Assembly (NCBI GenBank): GCA_020632235.1
Contig: JACKFY010000001.1
Span: 93,602 to 157,601 of the forward strand
DNA length: 64,000 nt
Direction of reading: 5' to 3'
From: Pseudomonadales bacterium
GTDB lineage: Bacteria; Patescibacteriota; Microgenomatia; UBA1400; PJMF01
The notes under the pieces were generated by a model. That model worked only from the letters and a program-made list of their open reading frames with translations, did no database searches and was not told the origin of the DNA. This document shows, one piece after another, positions 1 to 9,102 of this stretch. Position numbers and translations under genes: made by a program. Every line of letters begins with the position of its first letter. Position 1 is the stretch's first letter.

Positions 1-268
1 GCTTCCTTTCCCAAGAAGAAAGATTCTCTCACTTTCAGTTATTTTATTAAGAGTGTTGGCATCTATAGGGGTAGATACCGTCTCTTCAATAAATAATTGA
101 ATATTTTCTAAGAAATGGTGATAAAGTTGAACTGATTTTATATTATTATTATCATTCATTATTTAATTTTATTATAAAGCTTGATTGGCAATAAGTCTTG
201 AGTGCAAAACGACTCTTCGCAAGGTAGAAAATTGAGTTAAAATGGCCTTAAGACCTATAACTACCAGA

Positions 269-414
269 GGTAAGTGTCGCGCGGTGAGAATCCCATCGCC
301 TCCGCAACAATCGAAAAGTTCTGATAGACCCGTCTAATACCCTCAAATGGATTGATGGGGCTTGCTAAATTTCCTCATTTTCAACATATTTCAGTTTTAC
401 AGCCGAGTAAGTGC
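269..414 (+). repeat. tRNA-3'-end-like repeat element, copy 1 (degenerate T-arm plus acceptor-3'-strand mimic ...CCTCCGCAA, then about 110 nt conserved tail)
   Basis: About 85% identical over about 110 nt to 26380-26490 and to the reverse complement of 21390-21500. Contains GCGGTGAGAATCCCATCGCCTCCGCAA, which resembles the tRNA-Ser T-arm plus 3' acceptor strand. Confidence 0.6.
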
Positions 415-472
415 TGATTTTTGTAGTTATATCACTCTAGTTAATGACTATTATTTCTCATATACTGACAAC

Positions 473-985
473 ATGAATCAAAGCTATACAACATTATTCC
501 TTTGGATTGGAATCCTTTTATTAGCTAGTTTAGCTATTTATCTTTATAAACTTTTTGCTAAGAAATCAGGTTTTAAGTATAAATCAAAAGGGCCTTTCTT
601 ATTGAGTAAAGGAGAAAAGGCGTTCTTTGATATTCTGATTCAATCGATTTCTCCCGATTTATACATTTGCCCCAAGGTAAGAGTGGCAGACTTAATTGAA
701 GTTGACTTACTTAAAAGTGATAAAAAATTTTGGGCATCTTTTAACAAAATTTCGAAAAAGCATGTCGATTTTGTGTTATGCAATCGTACTGATTTCGCTC
801 CAGTCTTAGTAATCGAGCTAGATGGTGAAAGTCATAAAGTCAGTTCACGATCTCAACGAGATACTTTTGTTGATAATGCTTTTTCTCAAGCGAATATCAA
901 AATTTTACACATAACGACTCAAAGTATGTATGATGTCAATCAATTACAAAATCAAATTGCTGGTACTGTAACTATTCAAGAGTAG
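473..985 (+). CDS. DUF2726-like protein (NERD / PD-(D/E)xK-like putative nuclease fold) with N-terminal TM helix
   Basis: ORF 362..985 in the track. The likely true start is the ATG at 473 (MNQSYTTLFLW...), because 362-472 overlaps the conserved repeat. Motif VDFVLCNR...VLVIELDGESHK is typical of DUF2726. A paralog lies at 33962..34426. Confidence 0.55.
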   Translation: MNQSYTTLFLWIGILLLASLAIYLYKLFAKKSGFKYKSKGPFLLSKGEKAFFDILIQSISPDLYICPKVRVADLIEVDLLKSDKKFWASFNKISKKHVDFVLCNRTDFAPVLVIELDGESHKVSSRSQRDTFVDNAFSQANIKILHITTQSMYDVNQLQNQIAGTVTIQE

Positions 986-1051
986 TTTTGACCCGCTCCC
1001 CTTATAGTTGACACTAATTGTAATTAAAATAGCTGTCAGAAAGGGGGCAAA

Positions 1052-1375
1052 GTGGCAGGAATTTCTAAAGATATTAAGGCCGAAATCATAGCCAAGGTAA
1101 AGGCAGGGCAAAAAGTGGCGGATTTAGCCAAGGCGTATGGAATTAGCACTAAAACCATCTATAACTGGCTGCGAGGTCAAGTAAAAGAGCAGGTGTCTTG
1201 GCGGGAATACAAACGGGTAATGAAGGAAAACCAACAACTTAAGCAAATACTTGGAGTTCTCACACTCGAACTAGAGAAGTTAAAAAAAAGAACAGAAACT
1301 AGTACATTACTTTTGGAAGCACTGCCACATCTGGATAAAACTCTCTTGGCGGATGCTCTTGGTATTTCTAGGTAG
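1052..1375 (+). CDS. IS3-family transposase OrfA (HTH DNA-binding, leucine zipper)
   Basis: 107 aa, typical IS3 OrfA (KAEIIAKVKAGQKVADLAKAYGISTKTIYNW). Ends with TAG at 1373-1375. Confidence 0.85.
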   Translation: MAGISKDIKAEIIAKVKAGQKVADLAKAYGISTKTIYNWLRGQVKEQVSWREYKRVMKENQQLKQILGVLTLELEKLKKRTETSTLLLEALPHLDKTLLADALGISR

Positions 1376-2155
1376 TGGTTGTACAAAACAGATTTTATTC
1401 AGGTAGAAAAAGACAAGCAGTTAAAGCAACAAATTGAGGAGGTGTAGAGTTCTCACCAGAGCAAAGCCAGTTATGGCTACCGCAGGTTAGCAATTGAACT
1501 AGGAGTTGGTAAGAAGCGAATTCGCAGATGTATGAAGAAATATGGCTTGAGGCCATACAAAAGAAAAGCCAGATGGCGAAAAAGAAGAGATGAACAAAGA
1601 AAGCCAGTAGCTTTTGCAAACGAGATTAAAAACCAGTGTCCACTAGTACCCAACCACACTTGGGCTGGAGATTTTACATACTTGCCATTTAAGGGCAAGT
1701 TTATCTACCTAGCTACTTTCATGGATATTTTTACCAGAGAGATAGTGGCTTGGCAAATATCCGATAGACATGACAAAACATTGGTTATGCAAGCCTTTTT
1801 AGATGGCTTAGTTAACCGAGACTTCCAGAAACCAATATACATCCACTCTGACCAAGGAGCAGAATATTGTTCCCAAGATTACACTGACTTAGTGAAGAAT
1901 TTTGGGGTTACAATTTCCATGAGTACCAAGGCTTCTCCCTGGGAAAATGGTTACCAAGAATCCTTTTACAACAACTTTAAAACTGACTTAGGCCTTGAGT
2001 TTGACCGCTTCGACGATGAAGGGCACTTTCTGGAAGCAATACACCACACCCTTTAGAGCTACAACCATGAAAGAATTCACTCTGCCTTGAAAATGCCACC
2101 CTCCAGATTCCATGCCAAGTATTTACAATCCGTGTCTACGAAAAGGGGCGCTTGA
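1376..2155 (+). CDS. IS3-family transposase OrfB (HTH_21 plus rve DDE integrase core), in the same frame as OrfA and interrupted by in-frame TAG codons at 1445-1447 and 2057-2059
   Basis: Frame 2 continues directly after the OrfA TAG. The sequence WLYKTDFIQVEKDKQLKQQIEEV(TAG)SSHQSKASYGYRRLAIELG... matches the conserved IS3 OrfB N-terminus. The DDE core (HSDQGAEY...) lies in track ORF 1532..2056. The C-terminus (SYNHERIHSALK...) follows the third TAG. Confidence 0.6.
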
Positions 2156-2329
2156 CAAGTACTAGTGCTTTCTTTCATTTATTTCTTTTGAAGAGCTTTT
2201 CTGATCATTAGTATAAAAATAGCCGACATAGTGATACTTAAAACTGTGTAAAATAGTATTGTGAGGAGTAAATATATTGACATGATGTAAGTATAGCATA
2301 ATCAAAAATTTCAAGTGTGTTGATATTGA

Positions 2330-2905
2330 CATATAATTCTAATGACGCCACTCCCGCGGACTAAAGTCCGGGGTATCGGCGGTAGCCTTGCAGGCTAGAG
2401 ATACTGGAGCTATTGATTCTTGATGTAGTCTTTTATTACTTGCTCGTTTACTTGTCCTACACTTTCGGCAAAATAGCCATCACACCATAGATTGTTAGAC
2501 CACTCAAATGCTTGAGAGTCTGGGTACTCTTGTTTGATCTTTCTACTGGTTCCACCCTTGAGTATTTGTACAACCTGAGCTACTGACTCTCTTGGCTTGA
2601 TTTGTATCAGAAGGTGGATGTGATCTTCTTGGATGGTTAGCTCTTCTATCCACCACTTATTAATACCACAAGCTTCATAGAACAACTCCTGCAGTCTATT
2701 GGCTATGTTGCCTAGCAAGACTTTCTTGCGCCTCTTTGGTATCCATACTAGGTGGAATCTAAGACGGTGCTTGGTGTGAGAGCCTGTCCAGTATCTTCGT
2801 GCCATAGCTCCAGTATCTCATACTAACCTGATTCGCCATGCTGGCTAGCGCCTACCTGGCTCACAGGTACAAGGCACGATTCATTCCCGGGCTAAAGCCC
2901 GGGGT
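2330..2905 (-). mobile_element. IS200/IS605-family element (TnpA only) with subterminal hairpins
   Basis: Hairpins CCCGCGGACTAAAGTCCGGGG (about 2352-2372) and CCCGGGCTAAAGCCCGGG (about 2887-2905) flank the tnpA ORF. Boundaries are approximate. Confidence 0.55.
2410..2805 (-). CDS. tnpA: IS200/IS605 family transposase TnpA (Y1 HUH)
   Basis: 131 aa with the HUH motif (HIHLLIQIKP) and the conserved Y1 region. Typical size. Confidence 0.85.
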   Translation of the reverse strand: MARRYWTGSHTKHRLRFHLVWIPKRRKKVLLGNIANRLQELFYEACGINKWWIEELTIQEDHIHLLIQIKPRESVAQVVQILKGGTSRKIKQEYPDSQAFEWSNNLWCDGYFAESVGQVNEQVIKDYIKNQ

Positions 2906-2972
2906 ATTCTCGAAGGGGGTATAAGTGTAAACTATAGGTCTACTCAATCATGGAAGTAAGGTTATCCCGAAT

Positions 2973-4039
2973 TCAATTTGGAAATGCACCACTTTGGTCT
3001 AAGACCTTTCTGTAGTGATTAAACTTGTACTTGTTAACTTCTCTCGCCATTGCCTCATTTGGTGTTAGATGGTTCAGACATTTAAGCGGAGCGTTGTTAA
3101 TCCAATTCTCAACTTGCTGGAGATACACTTCACTAACGGTGGTGAGGTCTGTCCCTTTAGGAATAAATCTCCTCACTCTTCCAATCATGTTTTCAACAGA
3201 TCCTTTTTTCCCAAGAATGGTAGGGATAACACACATAACCCTTTGTGCATGTTTTTAGCTAGTTCTTGATGCTGCGTATTCTCAGAGCCATTATCATAGG
3301 TCATTGACTTAATTATGGGATCTCTTGACTTACTCACAGATTGTATCTTTTTTAATGTTTTTTGCATACTTTTTTGCTTGGTTGCAGCTTTCTTATTCTC
3401 AAGCTTTTCAAGTTTGATAAATCTTGTTTTTCTCTCGATATGAGCTGAAACGCTCGCACCTATGCCTCTTGGAGATTCCATCAGATCTGTTTCCCGGTGC
3501 CCGGCTTGCTTGCGGTTGTTTGCCTTTGTGGGGCGATGTTCTATTGACTCCACTCCTTTTATTTTAGATGCTTTTTTAGTCTCAGCACCTGTTTTCTTTG
3601 GTTTTCGTTTCTTGTGACCTCGAACCAAGTAGTGCCACAGCGTATCTCTTCTTCCCAAACCATAGATGTATTGGTAGATGGTTTCATAGCTGATACTTTC
3701 ACCTGGATGATCAATGGGTAATCTTCCCGCTATTTGTTCTGGCGTCCACTTTATCCTTAGTTTCTCTCTTACATACAAAAATACTGCTGGATTTTTGAGT
3801 GGCGCCTGTTGGCGCTGCATCTTTGTCCTCTGTTTGGATAGTGTGTGTGCTTTAACTGGTTTGTATCCCTCATTGCTGAATGGCTTGGAGTTTCGAGACA
3901 GTTCTCGACTGACCACACTATGGTTGCGACCTATTTTTCTTCCAATCCTACGAATTGAGAAGCCTTGTTCCTTTAATTTGTATATTTCCACCCGCTCCTC
4001 TAGAGACAAGTGTGTTCCTTTTTTATGTCCACTTTTCAT
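2973..4039 (-). pseudogene. IS30-family transposase, split into two overlapping ORFs (frameshift near 3185-3236)
   Basis: The N-terminal ORF 3185..4039 has an HTH and the start of the DDE domain (HRETDLM...TYDNGSE). The C-terminal ORF 2973..3236 (LNNAPLKCLNHLTPNEAM) is the IS30 C-terminus in another frame. Confidence 0.7.
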
Positions 4040-4331
4040 CTGCTGATTTTACCAAAGTGGTGCGTTTCGTTTCTGAAGACGGGGCTAGCTTTCCTGAAAA
4101 CTCTGCTGCATGCTTTGAAGTCTTTTTAAGACGTCATTTGAAAAGTAATTCCTTACAGCTTATCGCCATTATTGCAGGCACTCACCAAGAAAGTCGCTCT
4201 CCATATCTAGAGTTTAAATATATTTTGCCTAAGGACAATAAAGAGGCTGAGTAGATAAAAATGTTTCACAAAGAGTTTAGTGAGTATGGAAACTCTGACA
4301 GTAGTAGGTGCTCATACGTCACTTACTTGCG

Positions 4332-5537
4332 TTAGAAATCTAGAATGACAACTGCCTCGGCGTATGGGTCGTTGCTGTGTTTTTTTCCAGTGAACACATA
4401 TGCTGCAACTCTATCTCCCTCAGGACTCCAGCTATTGTCTCCCACTACTATCTTTTGTCTCATAAATTCTGGCGTTCTTCTCTGATTAAAGTAGGTGAGT
4501 CTTTCTTTACCTGTTCCGTCAGCATTCATTCTCCACATCTCAAGTTCGACTCTGCTCAGGTTGGTCAGATTCAAGCTAGTAGGGAGTGAGCTAGTACCAT
4601 CACTTGATACCCAAACCATAGTGTTACCCGCTGGGCTCAAGTGTGCATGCTCATCCCATTCTAAGTTTTCTGTAAGCTGTGTAACTTGTTGTGTTTGGGG
4701 GTCGTATACTCCTATCTCCATGTTTTCGTAGTAGCCATCTCGTGGGACGTAAGAGAATAGTATTGAGTCATTATTGATATAGCCGTGTGTTTCATACAGT
4801 TGGTGATTGTCAGGTTTTAAAACTTGAATAGTATTTAAGTTCACGGGGCCTGTTTGGCGATCTGTTGCCCTATGTAGTGATGCTGTTCTCATTTCCCACT
4901 CACCGGTTCTGCGCATACCTGTGTTCATGTTGTTTCCTGTCATGTGTGACCATAGTATGCCTGTGCCATCTTGATTAAACTTGGGGTGTAGCACACCTTC
5001 GTAATTCCCTACTTCTGTCACCTGCCATCTTTGCTGCCCATCAATGGTCATGATCCAGATGTTGTTATTGAGACCTACTCCAGGAGAAGTAGCGTACTGA
5101 CCAGCAGTGCTAGGCAAGTTGGTGCCAATCGGATTTAGATTCCTATCTTCTTCTTGGTACAAAATGTAGCTGCCCGTGGGGTCTACAGCAGGGTTGCCAA
5201 TATGGTAATCATTTTCTGTTCTAAACGAACAACTAATGCATGTTTCATTTGACCCATCAGGATTCATCCAGTAAATATCGTAGTATCCTTCAGCATTTTT
5301 TTTGTCAAAGTAAATGCGGTTGTTGGCTTTTGACCAGTCAACTCTACCTCCACCATTTGCAATAACAGTATACGATTTTACTTTTTTTCCTGGAAAAACA
5401 GAGCCTTTCATGAGTGAGGCATCACCGCCCTCTCTCCTCCAGCCTTCTGAGCGTATGTCGTGTTGCTGGTAGAGAACTGACCCCACAATGACAACTAACG
5501 AAAAAAGTAATAGTCCGGTAATAAGGGCTTTGTTCAT
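4332..5537 (-). CDS. Secreted or anchored PD40/TolB-like beta-propeller repeat protein
   Basis: N-terminal TM/signal sequence. Repeats of the D-I-Y-W-M-N-P-D-G-S type (PD40-like). 401 aa. Confidence 0.45.
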   Translation of the reverse strand: MNKALITGLLLFSLVVIVGSVLYQQHDIRSEGWRREGGDASLMKGSVFPGKKVKSYTVIANGGGRVDWSKANNRIYFDKKNAEGYYDIYWMNPDGSNETCISCSFRTENDYHIGNPAVDPTGSYILYQEEDRNLNPIGTNLPSTAGQYATSPGVGLNNNIWIMTIDGQQRWQVTEVGNYEGVLHPKFNQDGTGILWSHMTGNNMNTGMRRTGEWEMRTASLHRATDRQTGPVNLNTIQVLKPDNHQLYETHGYINNDSILFSYVPRDGYYENMEIGVYDPQTQQVTQLTENLEWDEHAHLSPAGNTMVWVSSDGTSSLPTSLNLTNLSRVELEMWRMNADGTGKERLTYFNQRRTPEFMRQKIVVGDNSWSPEGDRVAAYVFTGKKHSNDPYAEAVVILDF

Positions 5538-5650
5538 ATGTTATTAGTATATAACAGTTTCAGAGTAATACAAAAGAAGATATCTACAACCAAGATAGTT
5601 TTTGCTTTCATATTCGTGACATACATGCTTTATTTTGGGTCTAGAGAACT

Positions 5651-6340
5651 TTAGAGCGGATTTTCTCTACACTCTTTGAGTAGTATTTGGTACATAGATG
5701 TTCTGTAGTTCCATCGAAACTCACCTTCCTTTAAGTGTAGATGAAACATAGTATCTGTGAGTCCATTAAACTTTGCAAGTCTTCTTTTTGTAAAGCTCCA
5801 GAATGACTCAATACCATTCACATGTGCTTTTCCTCTCACAAACTCATCGTGTGAGTGATACACACGATAGTGATCATAGCCATTAAGGATGAGACCATCA
5901 TAGGCCTTCCATCCATCAGAGTAGATCGTTGATCCTTCTAGCACCTTTCCTTGAATGATGGGGAGTAGCTGTGCTTTGGTGCAGTTCTTTACTATGTTGA
6001 CGTATACTTTTCCTTCTCGTTTTAAGATGCCAAAGACTGGTGTCTTGCCAGCAGCTCCTCTTCCTCTTTTTCCTCTCACTCGTTTTGCCCCAAAGTAGCT
6101 CTCATCAACTTCAAGCTCTCCTAGTTCTGGAGTATTGAGCACGCTCAGTTGTACCATTCTGAGTCGCAACTTGTAGTAAAGAGCATTAATGGAGTTGCGA
6201 CTAACGCCACTCATTTGTGCTGTCTTTGAGGCTGGTTGATCTGCACAAAAGTACCGTAAAATTTCTCGAAACTTAGTCTCTGAAATGTGTGCTCTATAGA
6301 GATACTTGTTTTTCATAGATCTAGCAACGTATTTTAACAC
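5651..6340 (-). CDS. IS1595-family (ISXO2-like) DDE transposase
   Basis: Contains ELEVDESYFGAKRVRGKRGRGAAGKTPVFGILKREGKVY...IYSDGWKAY...HVNGIESFWSFTKRRL, the hallmark ISXO2-like transposase domain. Confidence 0.8.
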   Translation of the reverse strand: MLKYVARSMKNKYLYRAHISETKFREILRYFCADQPASKTAQMSGVSRNSINALYYKLRLRMVQLSVLNTPELGELEVDESYFGAKRVRGKRGRGAAGKTPVFGILKREGKVYVNIVKNCTKAQLLPIIQGKVLEGSTIYSDGWKAYDGLILNGYDHYRVYHSHDEFVRGKAHVNGIESFWSFTKRRLAKFNGLTDTMFHLHLKEGEFRWNYRTSMYQILLKECRENPL

Positions 6341-6589
6341 TTATTGAGTGTTAAAGTTGTCTAGACCCTTGTGTTTAGTGCTTTTCTTATGGTTTTGTCA
6401 CTGGTGGAGAGCATGGCAGAGTACATTATTACCAGTATAAACAAAATTTGGTTTCCAAGCTATACAGTTTCTGTCACAAATGCCAACTGTGGCTGCAAAT
6501 CAGGTATATGGATGTAGCCTGGAGTATTTTGTATAATAGTTCTAAGATCATTCACGATGTCCCGCTGAGTTAAAACGAAGCGGTAAAGA

Positions 6590-6668
6590 TAGGATGAGAA
6601 GTAAGATCCCGTCTGAGTTGTGCTCGAAGAGCAGAATGACAGCGGGAAATCCCACACCCTCCGCCATT
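6590..6668 (+). repeat. Diverged copy of the tRNA-3'-end-like repeat (GGATGAGAAGTAAGATCC...GCGGGAAATCCCACACCCTCCGCCA)
   Basis: Shares the GGATGAGAAGTA..AG.CC 5' block and the T-arm-like plus CTCCGCCA 3' block with 26330-26376. A further fragment (CACACCCTCCGCAA) lies at 7203-7216. Confidence 0.45.
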
Positions 6669-6678
6669 TCTCTAAATC

Positions 6679-7191
6679 ATGGGTTTGATTGAGAAAGGTT
6701 ATGTCCATATATTTGACGGGTCTATTGCTGTTGATTCTGGTGACGATGCGATTAAGGCTATTACCAGCCTTACCGTTGATGGAGGTGTAATTACTGTTAC
6801 CAATAGTGTTGAAGGCATGGAGGCGACAAATATCACCATCAATGACGGAGAGATTACCATCGCTGCAATTGATGACGGCATCAATGCCGTGAGTCAGGGT
6901 TTGGGCGGTGAGGTGTTTATCACTGTTACTGGCGGTAGTGTTAACGTCACTGTAGGCACTGGTGACACCGACGGCTTTGATAGCAATGGTTCTATCACCA
7001 TCTCGGGCGGTACTGTAGACGTGACTGCTCCAGGCATGTCTTCTCTTGATTATGAAACTACTGGCCAGCTAACAGGTGGTACACTGATTGTAAATGGACA
7101 AGAGCTGACCCAAATGCCCGCCTCTATGACGGGTGGACCAGCTGGAGGCGCTGCTGGTAGAGCTGGCGGATTTGACCCCAGCGTGCGCTAG
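6679..7191 (+). CDS. Gly/Thr/Val-rich parallel beta-helix-like repeat protein fragment (probably a remnant of a larger surface protein)
   Basis: 170 aa of repetitive G-T-V-N-G-S-I-T-I motifs with no convincing N-terminus. Bounded by repeat fragments on both sides (6590-6668 and 7203-7216). Confidence 0.35.
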   Translation: MGLIEKGYVHIFDGSIAVDSGDDAIKAITSLTVDGGVITVTNSVEGMEATNITINDGEITIAAIDDGINAVSQGLGGEVFITVTGGSVNVTVGTGDTDGFDSNGSITISGGTVDVTAPGMSSLDYETTGQLTGGTLIVNGQELTQMPASMTGGPAGGAAGRAGGFDPSVR

Positions 7192-7201
7192 ATTGTTTCA
7201 T

Positions 7202-7555
7202 TTACCCACACCCTCCGCAAATCCCAAAGAGTGTCGTGTGATGATGGTTGACACGAAACGAGCCAACAGCGTGCGGCTCTTGATAAGCACACTCTCCTTC
7301 TTCGATACTCCCACACTGGGTACACACCAGGTGGGCGTGGTGATGCTCTCGTAGCTCGTAGGTGGCCTCTGTGGGGGAGAAATGATGACGGCAGATTACG
7401 TCTTCATCAAGTAATTGCTCTAATGCCCGATACACACTGGTTTTGTTATACGATGTCTTATTTTTTTCTAGCAGCGTCAGAATGTCAGACACCGAGAGTA
7501 AGTGGTGTGTTTGTAGCAGTTTTACGAGTGTCTCTTTGAGGGTGCGTTGTTGCAT
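7202..7555 (-). CDS. Fur-family metalloregulator (likely Zur, given the divergent ZIP transporter)
   Basis: 117 aa with HHHAHLVCTQCG and a C-terminal CGGCG. Has the Fur-family winged-helix plus metal-site architecture. Confidence 0.8.
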   Translation of the reverse strand: MQQRTLKETLVKLLQTHHLLSVSDILTLLEKNKTSYNKTSVYRALEQLLDEDVICRHHFSPTEATYELREHHHAHLVCTQCGSIEEGECAYQEPHAVGSFRVNHHHTTLFGICGGCG

Positions 7556-7587
7556 GATTCTGCGATTTAGTATACTCTACGAGCATT

Positions 7588-7610
7588 ATAATGCAACTGG
7601 GTTGCATTAT
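7588..7610. promoter_or_regulatory. Perfect 10-3-10 palindrome ATAATGCAAC-TGG-GTTGCATTAT in the zur/ZIP divergent intergenic region (candidate Zur/Fur box)
   Basis: Read directly from the sequence. Overlaps the track-called ATG of the ZIP ORF at 7591. Confidence 0.55.
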
Positions 7611-7638
7611 TGACCCAAAGCAGCTATACTACTTTGAT

Positions 7639-8514
7639 ATGAGTATCATTCCCAACCAACTTTTTTTATACTTACTCCTCGCCAGTGTGATCGCACTGGG
7701 TGGAGGATTGTTGTTTTTATACGTGCGAAAGCTCTCGACAGTGCTGGAGCGGTGGGGCGTGCCGTTTGCAGCTGGTACGATGATCATTACCGCCCTGGTT
7801 GGTTTGCTCCCCGAGGCAAATCACCTCTTGGGAGCCAGCAGTTTTGCGGTGTTTGCGGTAGCGTTTGTGTGCACGTTTGTCTTTGAGCAACTACTCACAC
7901 AACTACATCACCATGATCACAGTGAGCACTCGCAGGGTAGTACTTTGCAATCTTCAGTTCCTATGGTGTTGATTGGCGATACGATTCATAATTTGATTGA
8001 CGGAGTGGCTATTGCAACAGCGTATCTTGTGAATCCAGGATTGGCGTTTGCGACTGCTGTTTCAACGTTTTTACACGAGGTGCCACACGAGATCGGAGAC
8101 TTTAGTATTTTGCTCAAGGCTGGCTGGAAGCGCGGCAGTATTGTATTGATCAATATTGTTTCAGCACTCAGCACTCTTTTGGGTGGAGTTCTGGTGTATC
8201 AATTTTCTATTGGAGAGGTTGTTCAAGGGTATCTACTGGCCATAACCGCTGGTATTTTTTTCTACCTGGGTGCAATTGACTTTTTACCTCACGCATTTGA
8301 AAAGAAAGAAGGTGAGAACTGGCAGCAGTCACTGCGGGGGGTTATTCCTGTTTTGGCTGGGGCTGTTATTATGCTTGGCACACTTGGGTTGGTTCCCCAT
8401 AGTCACGACCACGGCTATGACCATGTTGAAGAGCGCATTCATGATGAGCATGAGGAGCCAGACCACGACGAGCCAGATGGCTTACACCATGATGAAGCTC
8501 AAGAAGGGCCCTAA
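7639..8514 (+). CDS. zupT: ZIP-family divalent metal (zinc) transporter with His/Asp-rich C-terminal tail
   Basis: Contains HNLIDGVAIATAY...HEVPHEIGDFSILLKAG, the ZIP signature. The start is moved to the ATG at 7639 (MSIIPNQLF...) because the track start at 7591 lies inside the palindrome. Confidence 0.8.
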   Translation: MSIIPNQLFLYLLLASVIALGGGLLFLYVRKLSTVLERWGVPFAAGTMIITALVGLLPEANHLLGASSFAVFAVAFVCTFVFEQLLTQLHHHDHSEHSQGSTLQSSVPMVLIGDTIHNLIDGVAIATAYLVNPGLAFATAVSTFLHEVPHEIGDFSILLKAGWKRGSIVLINIVSALSTLLGGVLVYQFSIGEVVQGYLLAITAGIFFYLGAIDFLPHAFEKKEGENWQQSLRGVIPVLAGAVIMLGTLGLVPHSHDHGYDHVEERIHDEHEEPDHDEPDGLHHDEAQEGP

Positions 8515-8610
8515 TTGTTAGCTCAATTATTGTTGAACAGCCAGAGCTTTCTTCAGGTGCTATTGCGACTGCTATCGTGCAGTACTTGGACAACCGAGAC
8601 CTTTTAGGTT

Positions 8611-9002
8611 GAGTACCGCACAGCCCCCAATAAGCCAGATTCTGTTTTGATAGCAATCTATCTAATGCCCGCGTCTTTATCACCGGCTGGCACGAGTGCC
8701 AACTCGCGAGTGTGTGCAATGCGGTGAAGGTCGTCGGTTGCAGCGGGGAGGATTACCCCTCTCACCACGAGTGGTGAGAGGCCTCCTCTCGATTTCTCGA
8801 GGATCAAAGGCGTTTCACCTCCCTCACACGAATGTGAGGGAAATCGTCACTGTTGCTCTAACTGTCGTCCGATTATGACATCGGACGCTCCACCTTTCGA
8901 TGGACACCCTACACTCTGCTGTCCGGACTTTCCTCCCCTCACTTTACTGTCAAGGTCTGGCCTGGCGCGAAAGTGAGGGGCTGCTATCTGTGAGCTGTGC
9001 GG
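8611..9002 (-). ncRNA. rnpB: RNase P RNA (bacterial type A)
   Basis: The minus strand reads GAGGGGAGGAAAGTCCGGACAGCAGAGTGTAGGGTG... (P4/CR-I), ...GGGAGGTGAAACGCC... (CR-II-like) and ...ACAGAATCTGGCTTATTGGGGGCTGTGC (CR-V/P4 3' strand). The P1 stem is GCACAG...CTGTGC. Track ORFs 8369..8719, 8696..8878 and 8847..9089 are spurious. Confidence 0.85.
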
Positions 9003-9102
9003 CAGGTGTAGTATACCAAGCGTAGCTACAATTTCGCTATGAAGGTTGATTTTATTCGTTTTAATGCCAGTGATGAGGTAGAGCTCCAAGGATGGTTGAG
9101 TA

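Larger units (their letters stand above)
989..2157 (+). mobile_element. IS3-family insertion sequence, copy A (ends 5'-TGACCCGCTCCCC...GGGGCGCTTGACA-3')
   Basis: Terminal TG...CA and imperfect inverted repeats. The same element occurs at 62495..63663 (identical) and inverted at 30749..31914. No clear 3-bp TSD was found. Confidence 0.8.

Noticed and set aside
8369-9089. Three overlapping ORFs (8369..8719 -, 8696..8878 +, 8847..9089 -)
   Set aside because: They lie entirely within the RNase P RNA gene. No protein features are present, and the GC-rich structured RNA explains the open frames.
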